Assembly (NCBI GenBank): GCA_032718475.1
Contig: JAUCBJ010008288.1
Location: 20,883-84,882, forward strand
DNA from: Nemertoderma westbladi
Taxonomy: Eukaryota > Animalia > Xenacoelomorpha
DNA: 64,000 nucleotides
Direction: 5' to 3'
Part shown: piece after piece, positions 62,738 through 64,000 of the stretch
Position numbering within the stretch: position 1 is the stretch's first letter
How the letters are laid out: each line of letters starts with the position of its first letter
Made by a program: the position numbers and the translations under genes
Notes under the pieces: generated by a model
The model's input: only the letters and a program-made list of their open reading frames with translations
Database searches by the model: none
Told to the model about the DNA's origin: nothing

Positions 62738-62856
62738 GCATGTAGACGACTTTTGTTACCTGTGATCATGGATCCGGAAGTCTGGTGAGGACCTTCGAAT
62801 ACGTAAGGGAAAGGCATGGGCAGCCTTGAATACGCTTTCCAGGATTTGTAAGTCAC
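62738..62856 (+). mobile_element. Short RTE fragment in opposite orientation, tail-to-tail with the adjacent copy
   Basis: Reverse complement of ~63370-63487. Confidence 0.8.
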
Positions 62857-63990
62857 ACTACTACTACTACTAGGATCGGCATGCTGCATTGCAGCTGCAT
62901 TTTTAAGAATGCTGTGCCGGCTTGTCAACAAAATTGCGCCGCCACAACTCCCTATCACCCATGACATTTGCTAGATCATCCGCATCTTTAAGGCCAGTGT
63001 CCTTTAAGATGCGTCTCAAGAAAGTCATGGGCTGTCCACCATGCTTATTCACTCCATGAGGCTGCCAAAGTACAAGATTATGCACTGGCTGGTCCTCACG
63101 GCGAAAGCAATGTCCTGCAAAGCGGAGGCGATTTTGTTCTAGTGTCAAGCTTGGGGGAACCAATGAGACACCTCCAATGTTATATAGTGTCTGGTTGGAG
63201 ATGTGTGCATTGTACTTGACACAATGTACCCGGCGTAGCATTCTTGTGAATGTGCCATCCAGAGATTTGGTGTCCTCAGCAGTTAGAGCCCAGCATGGAC
63301 TCCCGTAGAGGAGTACTGGAACTACTGCTGCTCTAAATAATCGGACCTTAAGTTTCCGATTAATTCTAGGTGACTTCCAAATCCTGGAAAGCCTATTCAA
63401 GGCTGCCCATGCCTTTCCCTTACGTATTCGAAGGTCCTCACCTGACTTCCGGATCCATGATCCCAGGTAACAGAAGTCGTCCACATGCTCAAGCATACCA
63501 TCCTTTGAGCTTATGCTCATCCGATCAGAGACTTGCTGAGGACTTTCAAAGTTAACTGTCAGAATTTTGGTCTTTCTGGAGTTAATAAAAAGACCAACAC
63601 TAGAAGCAGCATGTTCTAATGAGCTGAGGAGCCGCTGGGCTCCCTCTAATGATTCTGAGAGTACTCCTAAGTCATCAGCAAAGTCTAGATCAGTTAGGTA
63701 CTTGGCAGGATTTCCTCGACTTCTGGAGCCAGTAGGTGGAGTTATCATCACCCCATCATCATTATGATGATCTAAGGACATGCGTAGAACATAGTCAACC
63801 ACAATAATGAACAAGAATGGTGCAAGTGTGTCTCCTTGGAGGACGCCCCATAACACTTCAAATGGTTCTGTGTCACCGTCAACAGTAGACACAAATGTTG
63901 TCGAACCATCGTATACTGATCTGATTGCTGCAATAATTTCATCAGGAATCCCATATAATGAAAGTATGCTGAACATACGTGAGCGAGAGA
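62857..63990 (-). mobile_element. RTE-clade LINE, 3' 1.1 kb with open RT ORF (62903-63976) and (TAG)n tail
   Basis: GVLQGDTLAPFLF, DLDFADD, FCYLGSWI, LLYGSPCW; no C-terminal zinc finger; CTACTACTA tail at 62857-62872. Confidence 0.92.
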
Positions 63991-64000
63991 CTAACGTGAG

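Overview
Animal (probably invertebrate) genomic DNA, AT-rich and dominated by transposons. The only host gene I can support is a minus-strand rhodopsin-family neuropeptide GPCR (prokineticin-receptor-like). Five exons covering TM4 to the C-terminus join in frame; the upstream exons were not found in the window. Its introns and flanks hold RTE-clade LINE fragments, an IS3EU-type foldback element, a non-autonomous LTR element, a CRE-clade LINE and a standard 6.6 kb BEL/Pao element (both inside a 49-bp minisatellite that amplifies the splice donor), a decayed Gypsy, and two unusually large BEL/Pao elements (A: 23568-42091, +, 18.5 kb; B: 46195-60134, -, 13.9 kb). The most interesting signal is shared by A and B. 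Each carries, between pol and the 3' LTR, a homologous extra gene for a DEDDy-type 3'-5' exonuclease plus CCHC zinc knuckles. Each also lacks a tRNA primer-binding site; the PBS position is instead the reverse complement of a sequence inside its own LTR (12-13 nt in A and B, 34/35 nt in the non-autonomous element), suggesting Tf1-like self-priming. They also contain repeated covarying RNA structures (kink-turn/UUCG array, long hairpins, dispersed GAAA-loop motif). The small BEL/Pao element has a normal tRNA-His-like PBS and no extra gene, giving an internal control. All calls are by eye; no database search or folding was run, so novelty is unverified.
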